Source: Barthelona sp. PCE
Taxonomy: Eukaryota
DNA: 64,000 nucleotides
Assembly: GCA_040285745.1 (NCBI GenBank)
Contig: JAUFOR010000002.1
Coordinates: forward strand, 1,674,001-1,738,000
Reading direction: 5' to 3'
The position numbers and the translations under genes were made by a program. The notes under the pieces are model-generated. The model was not told where the DNA came from, searched no databases, and saw only the letters and a program-made list of their open reading frames with translations. This document shows, one piece after another, positions 21,488-31,747 of this stretch. Position 1 is the stretch's first letter. Every line of letters begins with the position of its first letter.

Positions 21488-22024
21488 ATGCAGCAACAAT
21501 TTTCTCTTTCAACTGTGTTTTCAACAGAACCTCAACCAATTCTGAAGCTAAAAGCTGATGGAACAGTTTACATTGATGAGAACAACGAACTTACCATATA
21601 TCGTCTTGACCCGGTTTCTGGAAGTACTATTGTGACTACTGGGCCGATAAGCACATTTTTTTATGATCCTGTTCCTGAACAAATCGAATACTTACCAATA
21701 GAGGATATTGACGAGGATATGCTGATGGATGAGATCATTAAAAACGATGAAATGTTTGAAAATGAAATGGAACACACATCATTTGAGGGTTATCAAAAGT
21801 TCTTACGAGAAAATCCTGAATTTAGTCTACCTAAAGGTTCATCAACAATTCCACACGGTAGTGAGGTTGAGGATACTTCTGCTAGCCTTCCAGTTGATGT
21901 ATCTCCTATTAAACGGGTACCAGGTGGAATTACTCTAATTTCCAGCAGTAAGAAGCCTGTGACAAGTCAGGGAACAGACTTTGTCAAATCAGGGCCGGGG
22001 GAATACAGTTTTGAAGATTGGTAA
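21488..22024 (+). CDS. Hypothetical acidic protein
   Basis: 178-aa ATG ORF. Confidence 0.7.
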   Translation: MQQQFSLSTVFSTEPQPILKLKADGTVYIDENNELTIYRLDPVSGSTIVTTGPISTFFYDPVPEQIEYLPIEDIDEDMLMDEIIKNDEMFENEMEHTSFEGYQKFLRENPEFSLPKGSSTIPHGSEVEDTSASLPVDVSPIKRVPGGITLISSSKKPVTSQGTDFVKSGPGEYSFEDW

Positions 22025-22504
22025 TTATTCTTCTTTACTATTTTGTTTGAGACATGATTTAGGATCGATGAAATCTTCACTATTAGGTCCTAATGGTTGT
22101 CCATAGCTGAATTCAGCAATGAAATTGGTACCAGGGATACGGATTCCTACGAGATAACCACTTGGCCAATCCATTAAACGTTTTTCCCACACTATGAGAT
22201 TTTTTTCTTTCCCCATCGTTTCAATTTCATCTACGCGTTCCAAAGAATCACACGCAAAGCCAATATGGGAGTAGTTGCGTGCTGATTGATCCTGTTGATG
22301 CTCTGCTTTTAAACCAGGCAATAAAACAAATATAAGGGATGTTTCTCTACCGCGTTCAGCAAGCCAATACACATTCGATCCCATTCCTGGACGGCTGTGA
22401 ACAACATCAACATTGGCAAAAGCCCTAAAAAAGTCGATTGTGGTATCGATACATGTAGTATGAATAGCTACATGCGTCATTGACGGAAAGTGATGTCCTT
22501 CCAT
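22025..22504 (-). CDS. VOC/glyoxalase-family protein, bacterial-like
   Basis: THVAI, VVHSR..V.WL, SHIGFAC, GY and EFSYGQPLG motifs. Confidence 0.85.
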   Translation of the reverse strand: MEGHHFPSMTHVAIHTTCIDTTIDFFRAFANVDVVHSRPGMGSNVYWLAERGRETSLIFVLLPGLKAEHQQDQSARNYSHIGFACDSLERVDEIETMGKEKNLIVWEKRLMDWPSGYLVGIRIPGTNFIAEFSYGQPLGPNSEDFIDPKSCLKQNSKEE

Positions 22505-22802
22505 TTAGTTGGGGTATTAGTTAAAAAAAGGGTAAAAGGGGGAGAAAGGGAAGATTTTAAGAAAAATGAGATTTTTAGTTTTATTTTGTTCTTTTAGAGA
22601 CAAAATGCATATGGTTGCATGTGTTGTGTACAAAGGGATTGATAGTATATGCGGTATTATGAGCTATGTCCAAGTGATTTCAAGCAGCAGGCAATATTTT
22701 CTATTTACTCCTCTGCTTTCATTGAAGCTCTGGCAGTACTGCGTCCGGATCAGGACATCTTCAACCGAAAATAAACATGCTATCTTAAATTTAACCCTTA
22801 TT

Positions 22803-23443
22803 ATGTCGAATAGTAGCATTACCTTAGTTTGTGTTGGTGACGGCGGTGTCGGAAAGACCGCTTTATTGTACGTTTACAGTAATGACTTATTTATTACAGA
22901 AGTATGATTATTTGAAGAAAATCGAAAAAAAAAATTTACCTTTAGTACAATGCAACAATTTTTGACAACTACCAGACACAAGTTTTAGTTGATAACCAAG
23001 TTTACATACTGGATTTGTGGGATACTGCAGGTCAAGAGTCCTATGATCGCCTTAGACCTTTGTCTTATCACAACGCTGACGTTATCTTGGTCTGTTTCTC
23101 TGTTGATAACCATGCATCATACGAAAATGTCCTTAATCGCTGGGCGGTCGAAATTAGACATCACGCTAGCAACTGTCAGATTGTTCTTGCTGCTACAAAG
23201 ATCGATCTGCGTACAGATAAGAAGGTTGTGGATGAATTGGCAGCTCAAGGTAAGGAATTGCTTACTTTTGAAGATGGTATGGCCATGAAGGAACGTATCA
23301 ACGCTGCAGCTTACGTTGAATGTAGTGCTTTGCAACAATTGGGTGTGAAGGCTGTATTTGATGAGTGCATTAGCCAAGCCTTAACATCTGATGATGAGGA
23401 TGAGGAAGAGGAGCAATCCGGTGGTATTTGCAATCTTCTCTAA
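22803..23443 (+). CDS. Rho/Rac-family GTPase; two exons (22803-22901, 22946-23443)
   Basis: VGDGGVGKT, spliced FITE|YNATIFDNY, WDTAGQE, TKIDLR, ECSA and CaaX CNLL. Confidence 0.95.
22902..22945 (+). other. Spliceosomal intron, 44 nt
   Basis: GTATGA...TTTACCTTTAG. Removal joins the two GTPase halves in frame. Confidence 0.93.
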
Positions 23444-23680
23444 TCTGTGTATTCAAATTCACAGCTTACCTCAATCAAAAGTTTGTCATTGTAAAAAGAA
23501 AACCAGTTTATGTAGTATATTTGGAATTGTGGTATTTATTCAATATGTGTTGTTCTATGGGGGATAATATATGCAACATAAACAACATTTCATGCTCTTA
23601 AAGAATATTTAACGTTGTTTCATCTTTCTTTTCCTTTATTGGGCTGAGATTCGCTACTTTCCTTTGTTCAACCTTATAGT

Positions 23681-24838
23681 ATGGGTGAATTATTGTTAAT
23701 TGAAAAGTGTAACACTTTAGCTTCTGATAATGATTCTTTGAGAGCCGAGCTAATTGAGAGAGAGGAGCAGTTGAAAGAACTGCAAAAGACTCTCAGCATT
23801 CAAAAAACCAAGATGCAGGATAACCAAAAATTGCAGAGTTCAATAGCTAAACTGGAAAGTTCAAATAAGCATTGGAAGATATCATATTTTACGGCCAAGC
23901 GCAAACTGGACGCATCTGAGAAGCGAAGACTTGAATTGGAAGACGCTTTAGAGATATCCCCTATTGTACCATCTCCTAAGCAGGATACCGCACCTCAAAC
24001 ACCTCAAACACCTCAGACAGCACACTCACAACCCCAGACTCCTCTGTCCATTAAGGATTTGATGGATTCACCAGTAGTTCAGCAGAAGTTCAGTTATTTT
24101 CAATCTCAAATTGCACAATTAAGTAGATCTTTGACATCTAATCAGCTTGAAAAGAGGACTTTGCACGCCAAACTAAAGAGATCAGAAATGCAACAAGAAC
24201 AGTTTAAAGAGTCTCATATAGTTGAGGCCAACAACGTTGTTGTTGATTTTTTAGTAGATATCAGAAATCTGTTACAGTTAGTTGACGAAGCTAGGAGAGA
24301 GTACGACGAAATATTCGAAGCAATTGATATTGAAGGAGTTTTGGAGTACTTTAGGAGTTTCAGTTTGGAAAGTTTAAATCAAATACCCCCATCTTTTTAT
24401 TTAGATATTCGAAGGTTTAAACACATTGTACACTTTTTAGATGAATATGAACGATTAAATATGAAAGATTTAGATTATTTTTTTGAAAACGTTTTGCTTT
24501 CCAATTTAAATATTCATGAATCACACACATTAGTGCTCCTTACCCTCTACAACCAGTTTATCGCATTGCACAAGGAGTCAATAAGTTTCAGTCAGTATTT
24601 GTTTGAAGACGCTAATATTTTGACTGATATGTTGAATGGTGATAAATATGAGCTTGTTAGGAAGATGCACGATGTGTATTCAATGTTGAAGGATATGAAC
24701 GAACGAATGGGATACTACTCAAACAAACCAAAAATTCTAACTGAAGGTTTGATGGAACGAATTAAAACGTTACCAAATGAGTATTCAGTGTTGTTCATGC
24801 GTGTCCTGGACGATGTTTTGGCACAATTCGACTTTTAG
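23681..24838 (+). CDS. Coiled-coil hypothetical protein with PQT repeats
   Basis: 385-aa ORF. Confidence 0.75.
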   Translation: MGELLLIEKCNTLASDNDSLRAELIEREEQLKELQKTLSIQKTKMQDNQKLQSSIAKLESSNKHWKISYFTAKRKLDASEKRRLELEDALEISPIVPSPKQDTAPQTPQTPQTAHSQPQTPLSIKDLMDSPVVQQKFSYFQSQIAQLSRSLTSNQLEKRTLHAKLKRSEMQQEQFKESHIVEANNVVVDFLVDIRNLLQLVDEARREYDEIFEAIDIEGVLEYFRSFSLESLNQIPPSFYLDIRRFKHIVHFLDEYERLNMKDLDYFFENVLLSNLNIHESHTLVLLTLYNQFIALHKESISFSQYLFEDANILTDMLNGDKYELVRKMHDVYSMLKDMNERMGYYSNKPKILTEGLMERIKTLPNEYSVLFMRVLDDVLAQFDF

Positions 24839-24986
24839 TCGTTCTAATTTGCACAATCAATAAATTTTTTTTGTTTTACAATTTTCTACTTTTTGCCAAA
24901 GCCAATAGTTGTTCGGTATGGTCAACTCACAAGGAGGCTATCTTTGGGCAAAGTGTAAGGGATTTATTCGTCATTTTTTTATCCAA

Positions 24987-25856
24987 ATGGCAAGCTTGCA
25001 GCCAGAAGGTGTACGGGGAGTTTTGGAAACAGCTGAAAGGAATATTGTTGATATACAACAAGCTTCAGAAGCTGAAAAGAGGAATTTTTTCTGCATTAGC
25101 ACAGAAATTGTGCGTTACGTTGAAGCGTTCATTGAACAGGCTAAATCAACTTATGGCGTCTCATTAATGGAATTACACTGCGCTGAGACACTCGATTTAC
25201 TTCTGGAATCATGCTGCACTTGCTGTTTTGATGTTAGTTCTTGCAACATTGATATTCTTCCCATAAAGGAGCAAGTTATTTTGATTTGTGGCAGCCATAT
25301 TGCATATGACGTTGTTTATAGGAGCATAGTATTTCTCAGCAATATCAAGGAAGTGCAAAGCAAGATGTTACCAGAGTCGATCGTTCTTGTAAGGGAATAT
25401 CGAAGGACATGTTTTTCAACTCTGTTTGAACGGTGTTCTCTTTATAACTATAGGCTCAATGTTAACCAGATAAAAGATGAAAATCCATTGGAATATTTAA
25501 TGAGAGCATTTGCAACGCAAGGTGTAACGACGGTTGATGAGAATGATTATTTTGGTGTGAATTGTACAATGCAGTTTCATATTACGGGTACAGATAAAGA
25601 AATGTTTGCCTGGGTGCAACGAAAAAAGAGCTACGGTAGTTATTTAGAGAAAGAATATGATATGCACACAGTTTCCAAGTTTTTATTTTATTGCATTGTT
25701 TTTGAGTTAAAACTATTATCTCATAATTCATTTCAAAAGTATATCCAGCATCTCATTGGAATGGATTTCTATCAAAATCATCCGCTTTTTAAGAGTGAGA
25801 CTCCTTTTACAGAGTCTATACTTAATTTTTTGCTATTCCACGGTGTTTGTGATTAA
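24987..25856 (+). CDS. Hypothetical protein
   Basis: Long ORF. Likely start is MASLQPEG at 24987. Confidence 0.7.
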   Translation: MASLQPEGVRGVLETAERNIVDIQQASEAEKRNFFCISTEIVRYVEAFIEQAKSTYGVSLMELHCAETLDLLLESCCTCCFDVSSCNIDILPIKEQVILICGSHIAYDVVYRSIVFLSNIKEVQSKMLPESIVLVREYRRTCFSTLFERCSLYNYRLNVNQIKDENPLEYLMRAFATQGVTTVDENDYFGVNCTMQFHITGTDKEMFAWVQRKKSYGSYLEKEYDMHTVSKFLFYCIVFELKLLSHNSFQKYIQHLIGMDFYQNHPLFKSETPFTESILNFLLFHGVCD

Positions 25857-26836
25857 TATGAGTATTGTTTAACAGGGTCATAAGATTTCAACTCACTTTC
25901 CTTCACTTCTCTACCTTCAGCTCTGCGTAAAGATCGATGAACAGCTTCAGAAATATGAATTTCTTCAAATAAATAAGGAGAAAACGTTACAAAATCACCC
26001 ATACTCATGCTAATAACAGCACCACACTTTTTCTTCTCAACTAACCAGTTTAGTGCTAGATATCTACTCTTATCATTACTTTTTGTTATTGAAATTTTTC
26101 CAGTCATTCCAAAAGGGAGCAAAGAAGATCTTGGGATCTTTTCTTCCCGTAAATGTTGTAATAGATCTTTATCATAGTGTTCTACATTGCATTCTATGAA
26201 TGCTACATCAATCCTATTCTCAATCAATTCAAAGTCCTCAATTTCAAAAAAACAGCATCCCAAGTGAATAAAACCTGAATTATCTGTTTGATTCCTTTGT
26301 TTCATGTTCCTATATGCCATCAGTTTTGCATGTGTTTCAACGAGTAATTGTTTTCCTACTTCTTTTGTAGGTTTAGCAATTCCTTCATCATCCCAAGGAT
26401 AAAAAACTTTCGTCTCTGAAAAATTAATGTCTTCATCTTGATCAAAAGGTATGGGCGAGTGGAATGCTACAATATCAAAGTATCCTTCTAAAAATTGTAC
26501 TCGCTGCAGAATATTATCAAGACGTTCTGTTATGGTACTCCATTCAGTATTCCAGAAAAGATATGTGAATTTTAGGTCTTTCCTGTCCAATGTGACCATA
26601 TTTTCTTGCTCAAAAACAGCAATTACACCTGCAAAAACTTCATCAATATCTAAAATATTATTTTTAACTGATGATATTACAAAATGCCTCACACCAATCC
26701 TTAAACACTCAGTTAAGTATGCAATTAACTCGGAGTTAAGCTCAAACTTGCGAATTAATACAGAAATTTTTGGATATGCAAGTTTATCCAAATAATCAAG
26801 TAAAATTTTGTTGCCCTGTTCTTCAGTATCCTCCAT
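25853..26836 (-). CDS. Degenerate aldo-keto reductase-fold protein
   Basis: IGVRHF, FWNT, YFDIVAFHSPIPF, HLGCCFF and LALNWL follow the AKR motif order. Confidence 0.6.
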   Translation of the reverse strand: MEDTEEQGNKILLDYLDKLAYPKISVLIRKFELNSELIAYLTECLRIGVRHFVISSVKNNILDIDEVFAGVIAVFEQENMVTLDRKDLKFTYLFWNTEWSTITERLDNILQRVQFLEGYFDIVAFHSPIPFDQDEDINFSETKVFYPWDDEGIAKPTKEVGKQLLVETHAKLMAYRNMKQRNQTDNSGFIHLGCCFFEIEDFELIENRIDVAFIECNVEHYDKDLLQHLREEKIPRSSLLPFGMTGKISITKSNDKSRYLALNWLVEKKKCGAVISMSMGDFVTFSPYLFEEIHISEAVHRSLRRAEGREVKESELKSYDPVKQYSY

Positions 26837-26976
26837 ATCCTGGGTTACCAAAAAAGAAAATAGTGAAAAGGAGAGAATAGACACTAACAACAAATGCAAT
26901 TTATTTCACTACGTTTATTACCATTCGTGGAAAAGCCACTGAATCCAATATTGACAAACCCCAATCAGCAAGATAT

Positions 26977-28188
26977 TCATACACGTGCCAGATCCCAATC
27001 ATCAAAATGATAGATTGAGGCCATTTTTCTGTATACATCTGTTGGACCAAAGCAGAAATCAGATGGATCATTTGTCACGTACAGCGTAATGTATTTAGGT
27101 GGTACAAAATCATAACTTGAATGAATAGCTTCTATATTAGCAAAAATCTTTTCATCTTCTGGATTCACAATTGATGAAGGACTTAAGATACTATTCTTTT
27201 GAAAATGAGATTGAACAAAGGTAGGGGTTAGTTTGATACTTGCACCAACTACTACAACAGGTACACTTTTTAATTCAGCAGAGGCACAAATATTCATAAC
27301 ACCACTGTTACTTAAAATTCCACCAGTACAATCGATAGCATGAGCACCAATGATGACCTTACTGATTTTTGACATTAGGATGTGTACACTGGCATCAGGA
27401 ACAAGAGTACAACCAATTTTCAACTCTCTTAAACGACATGCCATCAGTGATCCGGAGTTAGTTGGTGAAAGTTCAACGACAACCACATGGATATTACGCT
27501 CTGAGCAGGACTCAAGGAAACGTAATACTGTTTCTGAATGTCCTGCTGTCATAATAACGTCACCGTATGAAACTGTGGTATCACTTTTCTCAGCAATAGA
27601 ATCATATACAGACATTGAGAACTCACTATCTTGGCAAACAAGTTCGTCTTCTTTTACCTCGTTAAGGATTGATAGTAATTTGTTGGAAAGAGCACCAAAA
27701 CTCTCTTCATACTGTAAAACATCATTGTTTGTGCTGAATAGTTCCTTCTTGATGTTTGGAAGACTTCCACTCATATTTAAAGAAGATCCAATCGACACAT
27801 CTTTGCTCATATCAGTGTGAAGAAGATTCCTTATCCTGAATAGAAAATTCCGAACTACATTAGCAGGAATAACTTCTAAAGGCTGTGCCATTTCGAATTC
27901 GTGACCCATGCGCTTAATGTAAGCAACTAAGCTCTGCAAATCAAGTGCTGAGACCTTATTGGAAAAGTCTCCATCCTCTGTAATGACAAAAGGAAAAGAA
28001 TTACAGAATTCTCGCAAGACCCCCAAGGTTTGTTCGGACAATTTGGCCGTTGATACAGTAGTTCTTCTTCTTAAGAAACAGAGAAATCTATCAACTGTAC
28101 TTTGAAAAGCCAAACGACGTTCTGCTCGATGGCTAATGTTGTTATTCGAAGATACGTCGAATAATCTCGATGTTACCGCGTTGTTCAT
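26977..28188 (-). CDS. EIF2B2: Translation initiation factor eIF2B beta subunit
   Basis: IMTAGHSETVLRFL, MSKISKVIIGAHAI..TGG and YDFVPP..ITLYVTN motifs. Confidence 0.85.
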   Translation of the reverse strand: MNNAVTSRLFDVSSNNNISHRAERRLAFQSTVDRFLCFLRRRTTVSTAKLSEQTLGVLREFCNSFPFVITEDGDFSNKVSALDLQSLVAYIKRMGHEFEMAQPLEVIPANVVRNFLFRIRNLLHTDMSKDVSIGSSLNMSGSLPNIKKELFSTNNDVLQYEESFGALSNKLLSILNEVKEDELVCQDSEFSMSVYDSIAEKSDTTVSYGDVIMTAGHSETVLRFLESCSERNIHVVVVELSPTNSGSLMACRLRELKIGCTLVPDASVHILMSKISKVIIGAHAIDCTGGILSNSGVMNICASAELKSVPVVVVGASIKLTPTFVQSHFQKNSILSPSSIVNPEDEKIFANIEAIHSSYDFVPPKYITLYVTNDPSDFCFGPTDVYRKMASIYHFDDWDLARV

Positions 28189-28270
28189 ACAAAATCAGTG
28201 TGTATGTACACGATTATACTTGAAAAAGGATAAAATTGACTATAGAGTCTTTATTTCACCCCCTTTCATA

Positions 28271-29269
28271 ATGTCAAGTGTTGAGAATTGCAGATTTTAC
28301 AGCAAAGAGCTCCCGGAGGTTGATGATTTAGTCAAGGTTCGTGTTAAAAACCTTGAAGAATTTTCAGCAGTTGTTGAGCTTATCGAATATGCTAATATCG
28401 AAGCTTATTTAACTTTCAGCGAAGTTTCTAGCAGGCGTATCCGTTCATTAGCTAAACATATTCGTGTTAACAAGGATTACGTTTGTTCAGTTGTTCGTAT
28501 TGATGTTGAGAAGCAATATATTGATGTTTCTCGTAAGCGTGTACGTCAGGAAGACAGTAATTTGTTTGAAAAGAAGTTCCAAAGAGCTAAGGCAACAAAC
28601 AGTCTTATGCATACAGTTTCTCGTAACTGTGGTATCCCATTAACAGAGCTGTACGAGAAAATTGTTTGGCCCCTCAACAATCGTTGTAAGGTACTTAACG
28701 AATATGCATACGAGTTAAACTTAGAAAGCATCAGCACATATGAAATCCTTTCCTTCTTGTATGTTGATAGCAGTGAGCTTGATGCCTTAGAGGATGTACC
28801 CGAGGGTGTCAAGGAGGATCTTCTGCGTCTTTCCGCCAAACACTACGAGCGTAAAGAGAAGCTGCAAGCAAACTTTAAGGTTGAATCCAATAAGAGCAAT
28901 GCCGTCGTTTTAATCAGGGAATCAATGCTCCAGGCTTACCATGACATCAACAAGGAGCTACACGATCACCTGGAAATCCCACAGGAACAACGCGAGATTT
29001 TGATGGACACTGAAAGCGATCACGAAAACGTCATCGATGTTCGTGTCATTGCTCCTCCAGTGTACAGTGCCACTCTTACAGTGACAGACATCGAACTTGG
29101 TCTTGCGATGCTGAACAAGTTTCTTGCACGTGTCACCGAGATTATGGGAGAAAATGGTAACGTTGAGATTGAGCATCAGCCTACTTCTCAATCGATTAAC
29201 GATATTGAGGCTTTTACTAACAGGTTGAAGTGTATCGTTGCCAAGATGGAGGAAGATAAGGTAGAATAA
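28271..29269 (+). CDS. EIF2S1: Translation initiation factor eIF2 alpha
   Basis: CRFY...PEVDDLV, SEVSSRRIRS (Ser51 context), YIDVSRKRV and IAPPVY. ATG at 28271. Confidence 0.95.
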   Translation: MSSVENCRFYSKELPEVDDLVKVRVKNLEEFSAVVELIEYANIEAYLTFSEVSSRRIRSLAKHIRVNKDYVCSVVRIDVEKQYIDVSRKRVRQEDSNLFEKKFQRAKATNSLMHTVSRNCGIPLTELYEKIVWPLNNRCKVLNEYAYELNLESISTYEILSFLYVDSSELDALEDVPEGVKEDLLRLSAKHYERKEKLQANFKVESNKSNAVVLIRESMLQAYHDINKELHDHLEIPQEQREILMDTESDHENVIDVRVIAPPVYSATLTVTDIELGLAMLNKFLARVTEIMGENGNVEIEHQPTSQSINDIEAFTNRLKCIVAKMEEDKVE

Positions 29270-29290
29270 ATCAAAATGAATTAAAAGAAA

Positions 29291-31690
29291 TCACAAATCG
29301 TTTATGTCCAGTTCTTCAGATGGTTGTGGTCGTTTTGTCAATGGTTTGATCGGACTTATGTTCTCGTACTCGACTGGATCATCTTTTGTTAAGAATCGCT
29401 CAAGATCCATACCCGTATTTGTATTCGAGGTGAAAGAGTGATGGAATCGTGGTAATATACTCAGTGTTTTGTCATTGTGCTTTGTTCTTTCCCGTTCTTG
29501 TTCGACTGTAATAAGAACTGAGTTGAATTCATTAATATTTTGTGTGAATTCATGCTTCAATGCTTCAAGTCTATTGCGTTCTACATCCACTTCTGCCAGT
29601 TTGGTTTTCAATGTTTCCTGATCACTCTCAAATTCTAGCTTCTGTCTCTGCAACTCCATTTTCTGCTTTTCTACTGTATTTTGTTCGTTCATAATCTTTC
29701 TTTCAAGGCGCATCAACGAATCACTTTTATCACGTAGCTCACTCTCAAAGACTTCAAGAGCATCCATATCACGGTTATATTGCTTCTCTACTTCATCAAA
29801 ATGCTCCTGTTTTCGTTTAAACTTCTTCTCCATGTTGATTACACTAAGTTCCCGTGTCTCAATTTCACTGTGTTTGTCCAGATAAACCTTTTGCTCAGCT
29901 TTCAGCTGGTTACTTGCTGATGACAGCTGCTTTTCACGCTCAGTGAGATGTCTGTTGCGCAAAGAAAGCTCATTACGCTCCTTTTCTAGTTGTTGCATTG
30001 CTGTTTCCGTTTCAAAAATCAAATTCTTGTGGTGCAACTCAAGTTCGTTAACTGCAGACTCTCTTTTCGATATTTCAGCTTCTCTTTTCTTGAGGGATTC
30101 CAGTCTTGGGTTGTATGAGGCAGAATCTTGTTCGAAAGCATGAATCTTTGCTTCTAAATCTGAACACTGTTGTGTGAACTCAAGCTTCTTATTTGCAAGC
30201 TCCTCAGAGTCCTTTTGCAGTTTCTGTTGTTGTCTGTTGAGTTCATCAGTACCTTTCACAATATTTTGTATCGTCTTTTCAAGTTCAGCCAACTCCTCTC
30301 CGTTATCATCTTGGATCTTTTTCAAAGCGCTCTCTTTCGCCTTCACAGCGCTTTCGCGCTTCAACAAGGCCTGTTCCCACTCACCCATGTCGTCTGATTG
30401 TTTCTTCAACTGCTGATGCAATATGTCGTTGTTAGTTTTGAGTGTGAGATGGTGACTCTTTTCAACAGCAAGCGTTGTTTCACCCTCTTTCAGGAGTAGT
30501 TCTCTCTCATGTAACGAATTTAGCATTGTCTTAATACTATCATCCTTATTTAACATGCTCTCAATATGTGAGAATACTCTGCTCTCATTTCTTCTCAAAT
30601 TCTCCTTTTCTGCATCGTAGAATGCCTTCATCTGCTCAATTTCTTTTGTGGATTGATCAACAATGATTTCACGACGCGTCAATGCTTTTTCTTTCTCATC
30701 ACACATTTGAATTCTTTCTTGAAGTGTCTCTAGACGTGAGTCAATATCGGACCTCTTCTTCCTAATGGCTCTCTTCTGTTCAGCAATAAATTTTTGGTCT
30801 TCAACCAACATGTGGTGTTCACCTTGAAATTTTTCTATTTTCTTTCGGTAAGTGTCATGTAAAGCATTCAGTTTCTCTTCAACGAGGGTGCAGTCCATCT
30901 CACGCTTGATCATGGTATGCTCGCGTTTCATTAAATCATCTCGTAATGTCGTGAGTTCATCAGACAGTGCTGTTAAGAATTTTGTCTTTCTCTCGTTCTC
31001 TTCACGCATGTTCTTAATAAGAGCACCGTTTAACAAATCATCCTCGACCTCTGAAATTTGTGCTTTTAACTGTTTTTCATGTTGAGAAACATACTTTTCC
31101 CTCGATTTCAATTCATGCTCCTTGTCATTGATCTTCTGCATCATCTGCTTTGTTTCACGGGCGATCCTGTCGACCTCTTCCTCTCTATCAGTAAGAGATA
31201 TTTCTTTAACACTTACTCTTTCAAGTTTTCGTTCCAATTCACTATTCAATGTTGTGTATTTTCTCTCTATTGAACGTGCTCTTGTCAAGTCCTGCTCTGC
31301 CTCGAATCGAAGCTGTTTGATTTGAGAATGTTTGGCGTCAGATCTCTGTTTGTCAAAATCAACCGAAAATTCACGGCGTTCCTTTGGTATATGTGTGTGT
31401 GTTTCAAAGGACGGTCTTTTCGCAGACAGTGATGGTGATGAGACTTTGGGAGAGCTCCTAGACTTTTCAATATGTGGAGGAGATGTGAACTTGCGCACTT
31501 CAGTAAATGCGTCTTCAACAAGTTCTTTTGCATCCTGTAGCACGGAATATACATCGTTAAACCGTGAGTTGAGGTTACCAACCTCTTCCTTTTTGCTAAA
31601 TGAAGAATAAACTGAATTATTACTGGAGGCACTTAAACGCCTGTATTCCTGGGTTGGACTAAGGTAATTCCTTTCAAAATCGGAAGACAT
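29291..31690 (-). CDS. Long coiled-coil protein
   Basis: About 800 aa of E/K/R-rich heptad sequence. Confidence 0.8.
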   Translation of the reverse strand: MSSDFERNYLSPTQEYRRLSASSNNSVYSSFSKKEEVGNLNSRFNDVYSVLQDAKELVEDAFTEVRKFTSPPHIEKSRSSPKVSSPSLSAKRPSFETHTHIPKERREFSVDFDKQRSDAKHSQIKQLRFEAEQDLTRARSIERKYTTLNSELERKLERVSVKEISLTDREEEVDRIARETKQMMQKINDKEHELKSREKYVSQHEKQLKAQISEVEDDLLNGALIKNMREENERKTKFLTALSDELTTLRDDLMKREHTMIKREMDCTLVEEKLNALHDTYRKKIEKFQGEHHMLVEDQKFIAEQKRAIRKKRSDIDSRLETLQERIQMCDEKEKALTRREIIVDQSTKEIEQMKAFYDAEKENLRRNESRVFSHIESMLNKDDSIKTMLNSLHERELLLKEGETTLAVEKSHHLTLKTNNDILHQQLKKQSDDMGEWEQALLKRESAVKAKESALKKIQDDNGEELAELEKTIQNIVKGTDELNRQQQKLQKDSEELANKKLEFTQQCSDLEAKIHAFEQDSASYNPRLESLKKREAEISKRESAVNELELHHKNLIFETETAMQQLEKERNELSLRNRHLTEREKQLSSASNQLKAEQKVYLDKHSEIETRELSVINMEKKFKRKQEHFDEVEKQYNRDMDALEVFESELRDKSDSLMRLERKIMNEQNTVEKQKMELQRQKLEFESDQETLKTKLAEVDVERNRLEALKHEFTQNINEFNSVLITVEQERERTKHNDKTLSILPRFHHSFTSNTNTGMDLERFLTKDDPVEYENISPIKPLTKRPQPSEELDINDL

Positions 31691-31747
31691 CACATTAAAA
31701 ATCGAACTGAAAGAATTAAAAATGGTGAAACAGCTGTTTTGCTGAAT

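Noticed and set aside
28136-28270. N-terminal extension of eIF2-alpha overlapping eIF2B-beta
   Set aside because: Artefact of TTG/GTG starts in the ORF track. Homology begins at ATG 28271.
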